Shown here in pieces: positions 13,041-32,400 of a stretch of 64,000 nt of DNA (positions within the stretch are counted from its first letter, which is position 1; each line of letters starts with the position of its first letter). The notes beneath the pieces are model-generated. The model was given only the letters and a program-made list of their open reading frames with translations, was not told the DNA's origin and ran no database searches. Position numbers and translations under genes: made by a program. The stretch comes from Yuukianura sp. NJ FZ-2021 (lineage: Eukaryota), in contig CM102290.1 of assembly GCA_046563655.1 (NCBI GenBank), positions 3,658,001 to 3,722,000 on the forward strand, given 5' to 3'.

Positions 13041-13520
13041 AGGAAAAATTGTGCTATTGGGGCGAAGTATGGATTTTGACGTCATATTTTTTTTTACACT
13101 AATTCAAGGGTGCTGAATCCGAATCTGAAAGAATTTTTTTCCGGAAATGAAGGGAAGTATTTTTTTTCGAATTTTGAAAATTGAAAGTTCCCCATAAGGA
13201 CACATGTTAACTTTTTAAGAAAAAAAATCCCATTTTTCGGAAGCTAACCAAACCTAACCTAAACGTTATACAATCGTTGTTTAACGCTTTAGCAAACCTA
13301 ACCTAACCTAACCTAGCAAAATAGACTCAACACCCTATTTTCAGAAAAAGTTAACACGTGTCCTTATGGAGAACTTTCAATTTTCAAAATTCGAAAAAAA
13401 ATACTTCCCTTCATTTCCGGAAAAAAATTCTTTCAGATTCGGATTCAGCACCCTCGAATTAGTGTAAAAAAATATATTGCGTCAAAATCCATACTTCGCC
13501 CCAATAGCACATTTTTACCT
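13041..13520. mobile_element. MITE/foldback element, ~480 bp, ~185-bp inverted arms, 6-bp TSD TATATT, CCTAA-repeat core
   Basis: gtgctattggggcgaagtatggattttgac... is mirrored by ...gtcaaaatccatacttcgccccaatagcac; termini AGG...CCT; TATATT at 13035-13040 and 13521-13526. Confidence 0.9.
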
Positions 13521-14051
13521 TATATTAATTACTTATAATTCTTATTTACAATAAGGATTATAATAATTATAGATTCTTATAATTACTATAAAATCATACC
13601 TGTAGTGCGACGTTTCTTTCCAAAATGCTTTTATCGAGAAACCGCGAAATTTGAATCAATTCAAATGCAAATTTTTCCAGCAAAAAGAAAACGTGAGAAA
13701 AAGAGTTAAAGTCCCCATTCTCTTTGTGACTGCAGTGCAAAGAGGATCGGGAGGAGACGACAGGGGTCATTGACCTACGCACTGGACCCGACAGACGACA
13801 AGTTAAGTAGAAGATTCTGGAGTCTTCGTCTACGACTACATCTTCGTTTGACTGTCACAGTGCTGCCTACAATCAGAATTGACCGTGTACTGGATCCAGT
13901 ATTTCGTTCAGCTGTAAACTGTAAGTGTATTCTCATTAAGTTTCATGTGCACAATTAGTATTAGGGTATGATTCACAGTCCTTAAGTTTAGATTGGGTTA
14001 GGTAAAATGACAACAGTAGACTTCTCATTGTTCCATTAGGATCACCCAGCC

Positions 14052-15153
14052 ATGCTCAAGCTAATCCATTCCGTGAAGCAACCGGGAGTCGTTCTTTGGG
14101 CAGTTGCATGGAATCCCAAGGGAAACATGGTGGCTTCGGTCGGACATGCGGACTGGGTCGGAATCTATCACCTCATTGAACCCAATGGGAAAGTCGTCAA
14201 GAAGTTGACGGATAACTACGAACAGATTTCGCTTGCCATATATACTAAGATATACCATACACATACGCGTACCGTACGCGACGTCAGTTGGTCGCCATGT
14301 GGAACTTTCGTAGCCTTGGCCAGTTTTGATGGAACGGTGTCCATTTGGCGCTTGGAATCCAAGAAGTTCTTTAACCTGGTTACTACAGTCGAAGGGCATG
14401 AAAACGAAGTGAAGAGTGTGGCATGGTCTCCTCACGGAGATTGCATTGCTACTTGCGGAAGAGACAAGCAAGTGATCATCTGGTAAGCACCATTTACATT
14501 TTCATTTGAATTTTTGTTTATCCTACAATTCCAACTTAATTTGTATCTATTTTAGGGCTGTTGTGAAAGATGACAAGGACTTTGAGCTGGAATGTGAAAG
14601 CGTTCAAGTCGAGCATGGCGCAGACGTTAAAAGAGTTGTCTGGCATCCCTACGAAGATCGCTTGATGTCATGTGGCTATGATGACAAGGTGGTTTTGTAC
14701 AAACACCGACCCTCAGACGGAGACTGGCTCGTGGAGGCTGAAGTGTCGGACCACACCTCAACAGTTTGGGCTGGAGACTTCGACGTCACTGGCAAACGAG
14801 TCATCACTTGCTCAGCCGATCAAACTCTCCGCATTCACAATCTCAAGCTGGATCCCGTTCCTCCAGTCAAACTTGACATGGAGCACGAACGTCCCATTTA
14901 CGACGTCTCTTGGAACAAGTTCAACGGTCTCATTGCCACTGCATGTGGCGACAATTTCATTCGGGTGATGAAGGAAACGAAACATGAGTCTAACATTGAG
15001 GCTGAATCATACTCTGAACTCACCACGTTGGATGTCAAGGGTCATGACGGAGACGTGAATCGTGTCCAATGGAACCCCGAAGTAGAGTCGTTCCTCATTT
15101 CGGGTGGAGATGACTGCTGCATCAAACTGTGGAAGTGGGTGACTCCAGACTGA
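14052..15153 (+). CDS. CIAO1: CIAO1/Cia1 cytosolic Fe-S assembly WD40 protein (exons 14052-14482, 14556-15153)
   Basis: HTRTVRDVSWSPCGTFVALASFDGT, EGHENEVKSVAWS, HGADVKRVVWHP, HTSTVW, HERPIYDVSW, ATACGDNFIRV, HDGDVNRVQWNP; phase-consistent GT-AG intron. Confidence 0.95.
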
Positions 15154-15615
15154 TCTTCTCCATGTTTCAATCAAATGCAACTAATATTTCATAAATTACT
15201 TAACTTATAAAGTTATTTTTCAGAAGAGTCTTCCCTTTTATCATGAATTAACTACGCAGATTTGTCATGTTGTTCCGTAAGGGTTCTAAAGAACCCAGTC
15301 AAAGTTCAAAATTCTATGTGTTATTGTTATTGCTCAGTACTTTATGAGGGAAGGAGTATTTAAGGAGCGTTAATTTTATGTAACTTTCATATGTTGAAAA
15401 ATGAGTTGAAGATAAATAAAGTTATAATCGGTGATTACCGGTGCTACAGAAACATTGGTGGATACCGAACGAAGCTATTCGTTTACTATTTGTGTACTAA
15501 CATTTTTAGTACAATTTGTGCCAACTTTTGTCCACAGTGAGTTTTTCATTTTTAAAAAGAAAATCCTAAATTAGTTTTAAATTTAGTCTAAAAAATTTTT
15601 TTTGATTTTTTTCAG

Positions 15616-20876
<5,261 letters not shown>

Positions 20877-23800
20877 TATTGATAATGGGATCTCCCCTGG
20901 ATCCTCAGCAGAAGAAGTTCTGGAAAAAAGAGGAACCAGTATTCAGATCCACCAGAGACTCAATGGATTCCTTTGGATTTGCCCAAGGATCAGGCAGAGC
21001 TTCACTTTTTAAGAAGAAAAAGAAGAACAAAACGGGAATAACGGAGTTTTAAGATTCCGGGAACGAAGTTGTGATCAAATCAACGGTGTCCTACCGTGTC
21101 CTCAACATCCAATCTAGGAGGTCACCGGCACTGTTACTACGTGCCGTTTCTGTTTTGTTTTTTTACTATGAATTTAGATGGAATAGAATTTTTTCAAAAA
21201 ATTTATCCTGCGGTTACGCTATCATCGTTTTTACTTTTGGTATGGAAAAATAACCATGCTGATACCAACAACTAGCTTCCAAATTCAATAATTTCTAAAT
21301 AAAAAAAATACTACTAAAAAATATTCTTTTTGATACTTTTGTTTCGTTTTTTGACAAAAAGGATTTTTTTTAGTCTTTTGATTAAAAGTTTAGAAAAATT
21401 TTCAGTAGAACAGTTTGTAAATTAAGAATGGAAAATTCCGAAGACAAAACTGACAGAGATGGAAAATTGGGTGAAAATTAATGTTCACAATTTTTGAATT
21501 TTAATTTTGAAATCTGGGAAGACAAAGGATGATGAGAAGAACAAAAGAATTTTTTTTTTGAAGAAAGTAATATTGATTATTGTCTGACGCAGTAGTCGTC
21601 TTAAGAAAAGAACAAAAGAAAATTTTGACAAGTTGTCTGCCATGGTGAAAGCTCACGGAAAGGGATGGAGAAAAGTATTGTATTGTTAGCAAAAGTTTGA
21701 ATTTTCAGATTGAGAGAGAAAGTAGAAAACTGGATTTTTTAATTCAAAATTTTGAATTCCAAAAATTTCTTAGTCTAAAATACTATATCTCCAGGATTCT
21801 TCCAGGATTTTCATTTTTTTTTCTGTTTTTCCCAGGGGGAAAGCGATTCGTTGAACTCAGTTTTTTCGATTTTGATTGTTTACAGTTCCTTTTTTTTGTC
21901 TGTCAAAAGTATTGAACTGGATTCGGAATGTGATTGGATTTTGTGAAAAGAATTTTTTTCATTTTTTTTTTGTGAATCTCTCTAAAAACAAAAAGGAATA
22001 GTTGCTTACACCTTCTTTCCAGCGGAGAAGTGTAGAAAAGCGACATATGTCGCCTCATGGTTCACTGAATTCATTTTGAATTCTTTGGCACCCCTTCACG
22101 GTTTCCGGTTTTACTTTTTTTGTTTCTACTAAAAAATTTCAAAAAAGAAATAGACACCCGCTTCATTTTTGAATTTAAATCAAGGCAAGCACGGTCACTG
22201 TTCTTTGCTAAACTCAGGATTTTCTTGAAAACCAAAATTAATTCAGCATTCTACACACTTGTTTCATACAACACTGGTGCAACTTTCGAAAAGAACAATT
22301 TCTTGTTCAAAATTTGAACTCAGGGATCATTTTTGAGTTTTTTGAGATGAAAAGTTCTCGACGTGACACAAGTTACGCAGTAACGGAGTTTATAGTGGAT
22401 GGATGAATGAATAAAATATATCTGTTGACCTTTCATGAAAAGTTCAAAAGAGAAAGTAGCATGGAACAATTCAAAACTGCGTACAGACAAAAGTGGGCGT
22501 TTTTGGATTTTGCTGGGAAAAAATTCCAACATAAAATTGAATACCATCGTGTTGTTTTATCAAACAATTTTTGTTCTTCCAAATTGAATTTTAGGCTTGT
22601 TCAAAACTTCGTTTCATTTAAGTTTCTTTTCCTCTTACACAAAGTTTGACTCTTTTGACTGATTGCAGAGAACAAAAGGATTTTGTTTTTCAAAATTTGA
22701 GTGAATTATTTACCAAAATGTAACATTAATCTTGTAAGTGCTTGATCCTCATATGTACTTCTCGTCTTTTGTTCAATTATGAACTGGACACACACATAAG
22801 AAAACAATATGAAGATGAGACAAGATTTGACTACTTTCCAACACATTCCAATTTTGAAACTGTTTTACAACAAAAGTTGCGGTACATGTGCTAATTTTGT
22901 TCAATTGTCTCCCTACAGTTCACAAAATCAAATTTTGGCAAACTTTCTCAACTTTCTATGTTCAATCCTGCTTTTGAAATTAAGGACAATGGAAACCCAT
23001 GTTCAATAACCGCAGAATTTTGGACCATAAATGTAGCAGTGAAAGTTCATGAAAATGAAACTCTTTGTTTCGGTTGTGGATTAATTATTTTTTTTAGTCG
23101 AGGCATCTGCTACGCTGCTTCCTTTCTTCTGAAAATATTCGGTAAACTTTCTGTTTTGGAAATTGTTGTTCTAAAAAGAAGGCGTAATCCAGCAAATGGA
23201 AATTTTTTGTTAATAAACTGCGCACCGCTGTGCTTTTCCAAGAATTTGGAAAAGTGTGTTGGAAATGAACCATTTTGATTGAAGTGCTTTTTCCGTTTGA
23301 AATTTCCTTTCTGCCTGACTGCCTCGATGAGTTACTCTCAATCTCTGTCATTTGATTTGGATGAGACTGAGGTTAGGCAGGGGAGGGAGAAAGCATTTTA
23401 TTGAGTTTCCCCAATGCATTCTACAACCCATCCCCCCCCCCATTTCCTTTCCACTTTCCAAATAATTATTACTCTAACTTAGCCTAACATCGGTGACTAA
23501 CCTATCATATATACTTATCAAAGAGTGGGAACGGTCACTAACTTGTTATTGTCATTTGAAATCGAGCTATAGTTTGTCTCAAAACGATAGGCGGATGCTG
23601 ATTTCTAATTTGGGTCTGTTGGAGTAGACAAAACTTATTCAATTGTGTACTTCGGATATTGTGTAATTCCCAAGTTGGCATTATCCAGTGGAAAAGATGA
23701 AATTCTAGTTGTACTAGAAATTAAGATACTAAATTCGGTTTATGTTTTAGGCCGAACATCTGTAGACGTCTTTTTTCGGCTTTCCAAATTAAGTCCAGGC

Positions 23801-26419
23801 TTGTGAAGATAAAACTTCCAAATAGAATAGATTAAAATTTATAGAATAAATCCATTACCCTTAACTGGCGTAATCACTTTGCATTAACGAAAAGATAGAA
23901 TTCTAAAATTTTAAACATAACTGAGCTAAAAATGTTCAATGATTTTTCAATGTTTTGTAATCACTTTCTCTGAGTATTCGGAATGACTTGGTGCTAATGT
24001 GTACAACTTTTCGAGTGCGCCTTACTGCAATTTTGTTCTTTTAAAGTCGAAAAATTAACTTTTTCTTGTAAAAAAAAATCGTCAATCGTTCGGACAAACT
24101 ATAGTATTGCTCATGGATACATTTTTCCAGTCTGGTCACATTAATCAAGTTAATTGAGCTGGTTAAATCGTTGACCTGGACTGACCTTTCAAATCGCTTT
24201 GCCTTATATAGTCCAGAATATGCGGACCTCTCGACTGTCGATGTAGAAAGTCAGTGACTTTCGACTAGGTGTCACCCGTGGCAACGCAATAACCAGCCTG
24301 CTGGACATGTAATTAAACTGGGCAGTTTAATTCTAAAGTCTAACTCTGTTAAATAGAGTAATTAAAGTTGTTAGAGGAATGAAGATACTTTAGTTTAAAT
24401 TCGGAGTACTCAATTGGCTAATGATAGACTACAACAAAACTTCGATGGTGACACTCCTTTTCAAAATTTCAAGACAGTCAATCGACCAACATTTTTCCAA
24501 AAATTTGAAACGGGGCGGGGAAATGGTGGAAGTTTTGTGACTATAATTTAGTCAAACCGAAAACACTTGACAGTGCGTCGTCGTTCGCTTGTTGGGTTTG
24601 TTCCAGGAAGTCCACTTCCAATGTATAAAAGTAGATGAATCAATAATTCCAAAAATTGATTCTGTTGTTTACTGAAATTTCCTTATTTCCATTAATTGAC
24701 ATCACTTTAAACTACAAAGAATGCTGGATTTTCAAAGTTAAAGAAATTAGACATGAAAAATTTTGAAGAAAGTTTAACCTTGCTAGAGTATTGCATATGC
24801 TGCTGGTGTTTTGAAGTTCCAGACAGGTGAAATTCATTTGACACGAACAGGGTGTGACCTTGACCTCTACAAAGTCTTCCAGACACGCACGCGCATTTTT
24901 ATTTGGAACAGAAATGCAACAATAAAAACTGGGCTAAACGCGTTTTTTGTGGATCGGAGAAAGCGTGTGTTGTAAAATATTGGTTCCGATTCTGTCATGT
25001 TTTTTGGCCAAAGTCCATGCGGATAAAATGGAAATCCTTTCACTCTTCTCCTGCATATGCCTACACTAAAGACAGACGAACTGATCAAAGAATCCTTTGC
25101 AAAACTTTGCAAAGTCCATCTAAAACTTTTAGAACAAACTTTGACTAAACGGGAACCAGTTTCTATCAGGTTTATTTTAATCGAATTTTACCAGTTTAGT
25201 AAAATAATCTGGAACCATTGATTACATCTTCTATAACGTATAAAATCAAATTAAAAGTTTAAATTCATCAACTTGCCAATTTATGTAGCTATGCCCCATG
25301 TTGTACTAATTTCAAAAAATTATTTTTATTTTAAGTAGAGTCTAGGTTCAATTTCAGTTTTAGAGAAATGAGACTATTTATTTCATTCACCGTTTTTAAT
25401 ATCAGAAAAAGCAGAGTTTTCAAAATTGAAAATCAAAATAACGCCGCTGTTTTTACTATTGCTGTGTTTTTGTAGCTGTAGAATTTTGGTTGCTCTTGAA
25501 ATTTTGAACTAATTTTTTTGAATTTTTCAGAAGTTCGTTTTTAGGTTCAGAACAGAGAACGGAGGATGGGAGAAGGTAAAAGTGTGAGTGATCAATCGAC
25601 AGAATCGGCGCATGTTCTAAACTTTTCCTTGGCCCTGGTTCCTTTCTCCAGGAGAACACAGGACAGAGGCCAAAAACTTCAAGGGAAAAGTGAGGGCTTT
25701 AGCGAGGGAAAACGAACAACTTTTTTTTTATTTGGATTCAAAAACAGTACGGATGAAGCAGCATGAGGCTCATTCGAATTTTGGCACTGGAATTGAGCAT
25801 TCCAACAAAGTCAGTGTCCAGGCTTCCCTCAAAAACCATGTGTAAAAAGTCAAAAGTTGGAAAACTTTGTTCAATTTTTTCAAATTTTAAAAAAGTCCAG
25901 CTTAGACACTACCAAACTTTCTTTCTATTGTCTTCATCCCCTGTGTTTTCAAAAATTGAGTTGATCTGAAACTTGGTTCTTTTTTGAAATTGTTCAATAC
26001 ATAGTTCAACTTGTGATTTGCAAAAACTTAAACCATTTCCAAGTACCGCCACAACTAACAAAATTTAATCTAATATCAAGAAAAGTCTTTCAACCATGAG
26101 AATCCAGCGGTCAAGAGGTAAAGTTCAAAAAACAAAGAATTCGTTTCATTTCCTTTTTACTTTTTCCGATGTCAATCTTAATCTAGTCCGAAGGTCAAAC
26201 ACAGGTCACTCAATCTCTGCCAACATTTTTTTCTTGCTTTTTATTCTGTTCGTGTTCTCAATTTTTCATATCCTATGCATTACGAACCGTCCCAGTCGTC
26301 ATCTTCTTCTCATCAATTTTGATTTTGATCCATTTGTCCAAGTCAAAAACAGAGAGAAAGAGTAAAAGTGTGCTTAAACTTTTTAGAAGAGGATGTTTTT
26401 TTCTGAAATTTTTGCCAAA

Positions 26420-29400
26420 ATGGGTAAGTTTTTTTGAACTTCTCAGCTATGACACGGTTTTCACGGGTATTTTCTAGGGTTACATTATGTTAGAATTCTA
26501 AGACTGGAATTTTGAGTGACGGTTAGGAAAGTTTTTGTTTTGGGGGAGGGGAGGGGGCTAACAGCGTTGTCATCGCTCATCCTTTGATCAACGAGTTTTT
26601 GGCACTAGTGTGAAAAGGTTCAGACGAAGACGATGACAGAAACAAGGAAAAGTTTCGGTTTTTGGCCAGGTTTGAACTTTCTTCGTTTTTTTCATCTTTT
26701 GTTATGGTTGTTCGATAACATGGAAAAACTTTCTTTGTCTTCATCTTTCCTTTGTTCCAGTTCCGAACTCGACACTATTCCACTTTTTACCGTAAAAGGT
26801 TCAAGTGTCGATACGGAATCGGTGTCTAACCCAATTTCGACACAGATTTTCTTTCAGAAAATTTTTTAGTCAATCTGGTGACTCTTCCAAGTGAGTTTCA
26901 AAATTTTGAAGGTTTGAAAAAGTTAATACTAAAACAGTTACGAAAACTCTTCCTCCTGTTTCTTGTTTCCACTTTTTCAAAATTCTGTTTCCGATTTGAA
27001 ATTAGTTCCGATTTAAAAGTAGTTTTGGTGTAGATTTGCACTGTTTCGATCGTACCGGTTTGCGTTCGTTCGAAACCGAACCGGAACAGGAACCTTGTGA
27101 AATCAAAGTCCAAGTGTGTCGTAACCTTTCCAATGTCGAAAAAGTTTTGCCTAAATGGCATGACATTTGTGGAAGTTTTGAGGCATTGATTCATTGGAAA
27201 TGAACTTTGCAAGAGTTTGGCCTTCAGGTTCGATTTTTTTCGTAACTTAAAGCTACTTTCTTTTCTTCATTTTTAATTTATGAAAAAAAAAAGGAAAAAA
27301 AAATTACGAAAGTGAAACTGCAGAGCATGAGGGCATGATGATGATGAAGAAAGCAGCGCGAAGCTGTCGGAGCTGAACTGATTAGATTTTTAGGAGGATT
27401 TTGTTGAGAAAAAGAGCGGGAAAGTTTGATTTGATAGAAATATATAAGAGTTGAACGATCCTCATAATTCACTCCCGGTAGACAATATTAATTGGAAATG
27501 TTCGGACTTTGATTTTCCGCTCAGGGACTTAACTTTCTTAAAATGAAAAAGTTAACCAAAATCCTGCAACGCTACTAAGCTCTGACTTTCTCCAGCAAAA
27601 AAAAAAAACATCAAAAAAGTTTCGCTTCCCATTTTTCCATACTTAATCTTAATTAATCAACAGGAATTACAAACTTTCTTGTTCTAAAAATGCTTTTGAA
27701 CATTTAGAACAAAAAAATTCAACCCTTTTTTATATACCGTAAAACTGATAGTAAACGCCGGTCTCTAACAAAAGTCCGGTTTATATTAATTGTCGGTGTT
27801 AAAAGTTGAAATTTTAAATAAACTTTCGGGCGGGCATTTTTAAACCCAGCAAAAACAAAGAACAAAAAAAAAGTTTTTTGGAATGTTTCATTTTTTTTTG
27901 TTATTCAAAAAACTTCGGAAAACAGAAACATTTTTACCCTTGACCTTCGAAATTATAATTTTCTCCAAATTAACTGTGACTTTATATAACGAAATTCAAT
28001 ACTTTTAAGTAAAAAGCTGTATTCTAAACATTCTTTTTCTGTTTTTTAAAGTAGAATTGAAAACATTTCCTAAAGTTTTCTTGTAGCCTCTTAAAAGTTT
28101 TTCCCTGTTTTCTTTTCATTCTCATACAGAGAAAGAAGCCTCCTGAGAAAAAGGCTTTCTCTTTTCAAAATAAAGATCGGCAAAGAAAGCTTTTTTCAAA
28201 AACACGATCATAGCTAGAGCCCTTACAGGCCAAAAATCAACTTTCAAAAAAATTTTTTTTTGAAACAAAAAAAAACACAAGAAATGACTTTCTGTAATTT
28301 GACAATGAGTAAAAACAGTAGTTCCGGAACTTTTGATGATTATTGACCTGAGGGATTATGTAGTTTAGACTCCTGGCTGACCTTTGACATGTTAAGTTAG
28401 TAGTTTCGTTGCTAACATTATCATTGGAAGACCAGATTAGTCTTTTGGGAGAAGCACGAAATGATGCTTTCTCCACTTTCTATTATTGTACCTGCCAATT
28501 CAGTCGAGAAAAAAACATTTTAAGGTTAGGTTGGCTTGTAGTGTTTTCTTCATTTTTATGATCCTCGTTTTATAACGTCGGTTTTTCAAAGTTTTATTTG
28601 AGACTTTTTACAGTTTTGGAGGAAAGGAAAAACAAAAAAGGAAAACGAAAATGGACACTTTTCAAAATGTTCGACATAAAAATCCATACTAAAACCTTCA
28701 AAACCATTTCCAAAGCTACATAAAACTGTGGAAACCAATTTGTTACAGTTTGAGTTCTTAGTGTGGTAAATTTTGAAAAAAAGTAAACTAATCGTAAAAT
28801 TGTTACGGTTACTTTTAAATTATCCGTCATAAAAACCAGTTTGTTTTTGCTCCAAGGCGTTAATCATCTGTTAAACTTTAATTGCAAATTAGTTCAATTA
28901 AAAAACGTCAATTTAAAGAAAATTTGAACCGGATTTATAAAAAACAAAGCCGAAAACTAACCTAAGAAAGAAAACTTTCATCGCGGCAAGTTGTACCGGA
29001 AATTGAGAAATCGGTTTCTTTGGCCTAAAGTAAACTGAACAGGAAATTGCAAAATTTCCTTTCTTTTTTGTTTTCAAAAAAAAGTTAGATTTTTATTAAC
29101 TTTTCGTTTTTGGATGAGCGTTTGGACACAAAGTGATGAACAGGGAAAGTGTTTAAACGTGTAAATAAGTTCCTGTTCTAGTGCTATACTACGTTCAACT
29201 GTTCCTGGAACTTTTCCGGAGTAGCAGCGCATCAACCGAGTGTCATTTAAATATTTAATATGAATTGATTTGAAACGAAGTCAAAGTTCTCCCAACTCTC
29301 TTTCTTAGCTCGCAAAATTTCTTTCAAAAAGTGTCAATTTTTCATTAGAACTCGACCGCATTCAATTACTTTTCAAGAACCTAACACCTTATTGAACTTC

Positions 29401-32400
29401 TTTCGATAAACTATATGACACGTATCATAAATTCCTAAGAAACAAAAAGTCTTTTTCTGAAAACCAATCGATTCTGAAAAAAAAATATGAACAAGTTATG
29501 CTTATTGAAAAAAGTAAACAGGAGTATGATGTGTGAATGTAAAAATCTTGCGGTTTAAGCCCGTTACTGTGCTTTTTTTTTTCTTGGTTTCTTTCAATAA
29601 TTCACAAATGTCAAATTAACTCCTTCTAAAAAAAATATTTGGATTTTGATGACCTCTGGTCACGTCAAGTTGTTAAAGTCCAAAAAATGTTTCACGGTTA
29701 GTACTTTAAAGGGACGCAATATTTATCACTTTGGGGCGTTGGTTTGTTTTTGTTTGTTTTTTTAGTTAAAAGAAAAGAGAAAACTACAACAAAAGCTTAA
29801 CCATAAACTCCGCCCTTCACTTAAATTTTCACCGCCAGAATAATCCTTTGCTCAGCACAAAACTCCATTTTCAGTTTTCAAATTCTTCGCACCAATTCCT
29901 TATTTTTGTGGACTTTTTGAAGATGATGCGGGTAGGATTATTTTAGAAGTACTAGAAGTAAGGTACCAAATTTTCGAATTTGCCGCGCATTCCTGTATCG
30001 TCAAAGGTTCCTTCAATACAGTCCGGTTTCTTTGATTTGATCTTTGCATATCTACTACTGGCCAGTCGACTTTGTTTTTACAGTGGCTAAAGTAGTAGTC
30101 ACGGTACTTTTGTTAACAAAATGTAAAACTTCTGAACTGCACGCTGGGCGTGTGCAAACCATAAAAACTTCTTTCTGTTTTTGTGCGCTGTTCCCTTTTG
30201 ATTTTGAAGCTTACAGCACAAACACTTGAAAGATTTCAAAGCTGTCCACGCAGTTTCTCAAGTTTTGAATGAAAGCGGATTGAGAGAAAGTCGCTGTCAC
30301 TTTCCTCCCTTGTCACTTCTCACTTTTGTTCATATTTTAATCAACTGTGGTGTGAGATCCAAATGATTAAATTCAAATTTCAGCTTTGATATGATCCTCT
30401 ACTGAGCACATCTACAGATTTACTTTACTATTCTATAACGAGAAAATTCTGTTTCAAAAAGTTCAAAAAGTCTAAACTTTTTTCGTTTGAAACGTCGGTT
30501 CTATTTTTTGTCTACTCGGATTACTTACGAATTTTTTTTTCCATATGACTGAAATTCTTAGCATAGAACAAGAACTCCAGAATTTGGAAAATTCTCGTAA
30601 AATTTCAATGCACAAAAACCTAAAATCAATCTTGTCGGATACGGTCCATAAACGAGAAAAGTGCAGGAGTAAGAATTTTTTAGAGCGTAACAAAAACTCT
30701 TTTCAATTTTTGAATTGAAGCTTAAGTGGGCCGGAGTTCAGCAGATTTTGAAAGATGAGTAACATGTTTTATTACCAGAAGAAAAAAATGACAAGGTTGT
30801 AACCGAAACTCAAAATTTTTTCTTTATAAATTTTCAAATGGTGATCATGAGTAATGGTTTTCTTTTTTCAAAATTTCAAAAAGTCACAATCATACTCTGA
30901 CCTCAGCTGGAGAGGTCACCATCAATCAAAACAGAAAATGAGTTTTTCGGCTTCTTTTTTTCTTGTTTGTCGGTGTGTTCTTAATTTGGAAATTGCGTCA
31001 AACGTTTTAAGTGGTTTCTGGGATTCCATCTGTATTCCAGAAACTGAAATTTTTTTTCTTAAAAAGAGACTTAGTCCTGTGAAATGTGTGAGTTTGACAT
31101 TAAGAATTAGAAGCCAGAAGGTCGTTGGATGTCTGATGTCTGAGATTAAGGTAAACCACAAAGACCTTTGATCTTTGAAAGCCTTTGAATCCAGCTTCCT
31201 TGTCGCTTCAAATGACTTTTTAGAACAGGAGTAGGGGTGGGGGTTGCTAGGGGGCAGAGGGATGTGGAGGAAGTGGTACAGTCGGCGAGCGGACTTTTCA
31301 AAATGTCGCTTCAAGCCATAGAAAAGCGGCTTCACACAGAGCGGCTACACAGTTTGTAAAGACAAGCGGTTTTGTGGCTTTTCAAAAAGCGGTGTATTTG
31401 GTGGCCTCGAAGCGACAAACCATACTGGGTCGTTTTAAACAGTTGCACTCTCGCTTGTCAATTAGACTACAGATTCAACCTATTTGTTTTCAAACTTCAG
31501 AATTTCTAAACATTTCAAAAAAAAAAAAGTTGAGAAGGAGAAAAAATGGCAAAAAGTGCGTATGGTTAGGTAAGAACTGATTAAAAGTTTAGCTGACATA
31601 AAAAATAAGTTTGGTTTTGTTAAGTAGTTAAGATGTAGTTAGGTAGTTGTAAAATGATAAAAAAAAAGTCATTCTTTTAAAAAAATTCTTATGAAAATTT
31701 TTTGTAAAGCCTCAAATTGACAACCAAAATTGATTATTACACCTTTTTTTCTTCGGTTGCGTGTGTGAGTTATTTTACGCGTTTGGAAGGTGAAATTTAT
31801 ACCATGTACCTCGTAGTCTTGGAGGTCATTTTAGTTTGTTAAAAAAAACCTTTTCTAAAAATTTTTCGTTTGAACAACGCGTGTTAGAGGAACATGTTTA
31901 AAACCTGTTTTTGGTTCAAAAAGTTGCCATTTCAAAGATGAACATTTACGAGACCCATTTCGAAAAAATACTTCTCCCTACTCATGGTTTCTTCTGTGTT
32001 AAATGGAAAAGACAAGAGAAAACAAATGATGAGGAGAGCCCAGAGAATAGGGAAACTTCCATTTCGAAACACGCCATCCACGCATGACCTTTGACCTCTC
32101 CAAGCCTAACGTAAACTTGAACAAAATCTTCTCAAAGAGCCTGTTTCTATCTTCCTTTCTCTATGCCGGCATAAATTCAAAGTAGATGGGCAATGGGCAT
32201 GCATGCAAAGGCTTCATTTTCTTTGCTGTTTAAAGAAAAATCCGCCAACTCTTGCCCATTTATGTCTTTTAGGTTAGGTTGCACTAACTCCCTAACTTTC
32301 TCTTTTCCTAGAAAAAAGAAGAGGGGAAGCTACAAAAGGGGGGAAGCTAGAAAGAATTGGTTTGTCCAATTGAAAAGAATTTCCCTTCACCATTTTACTT

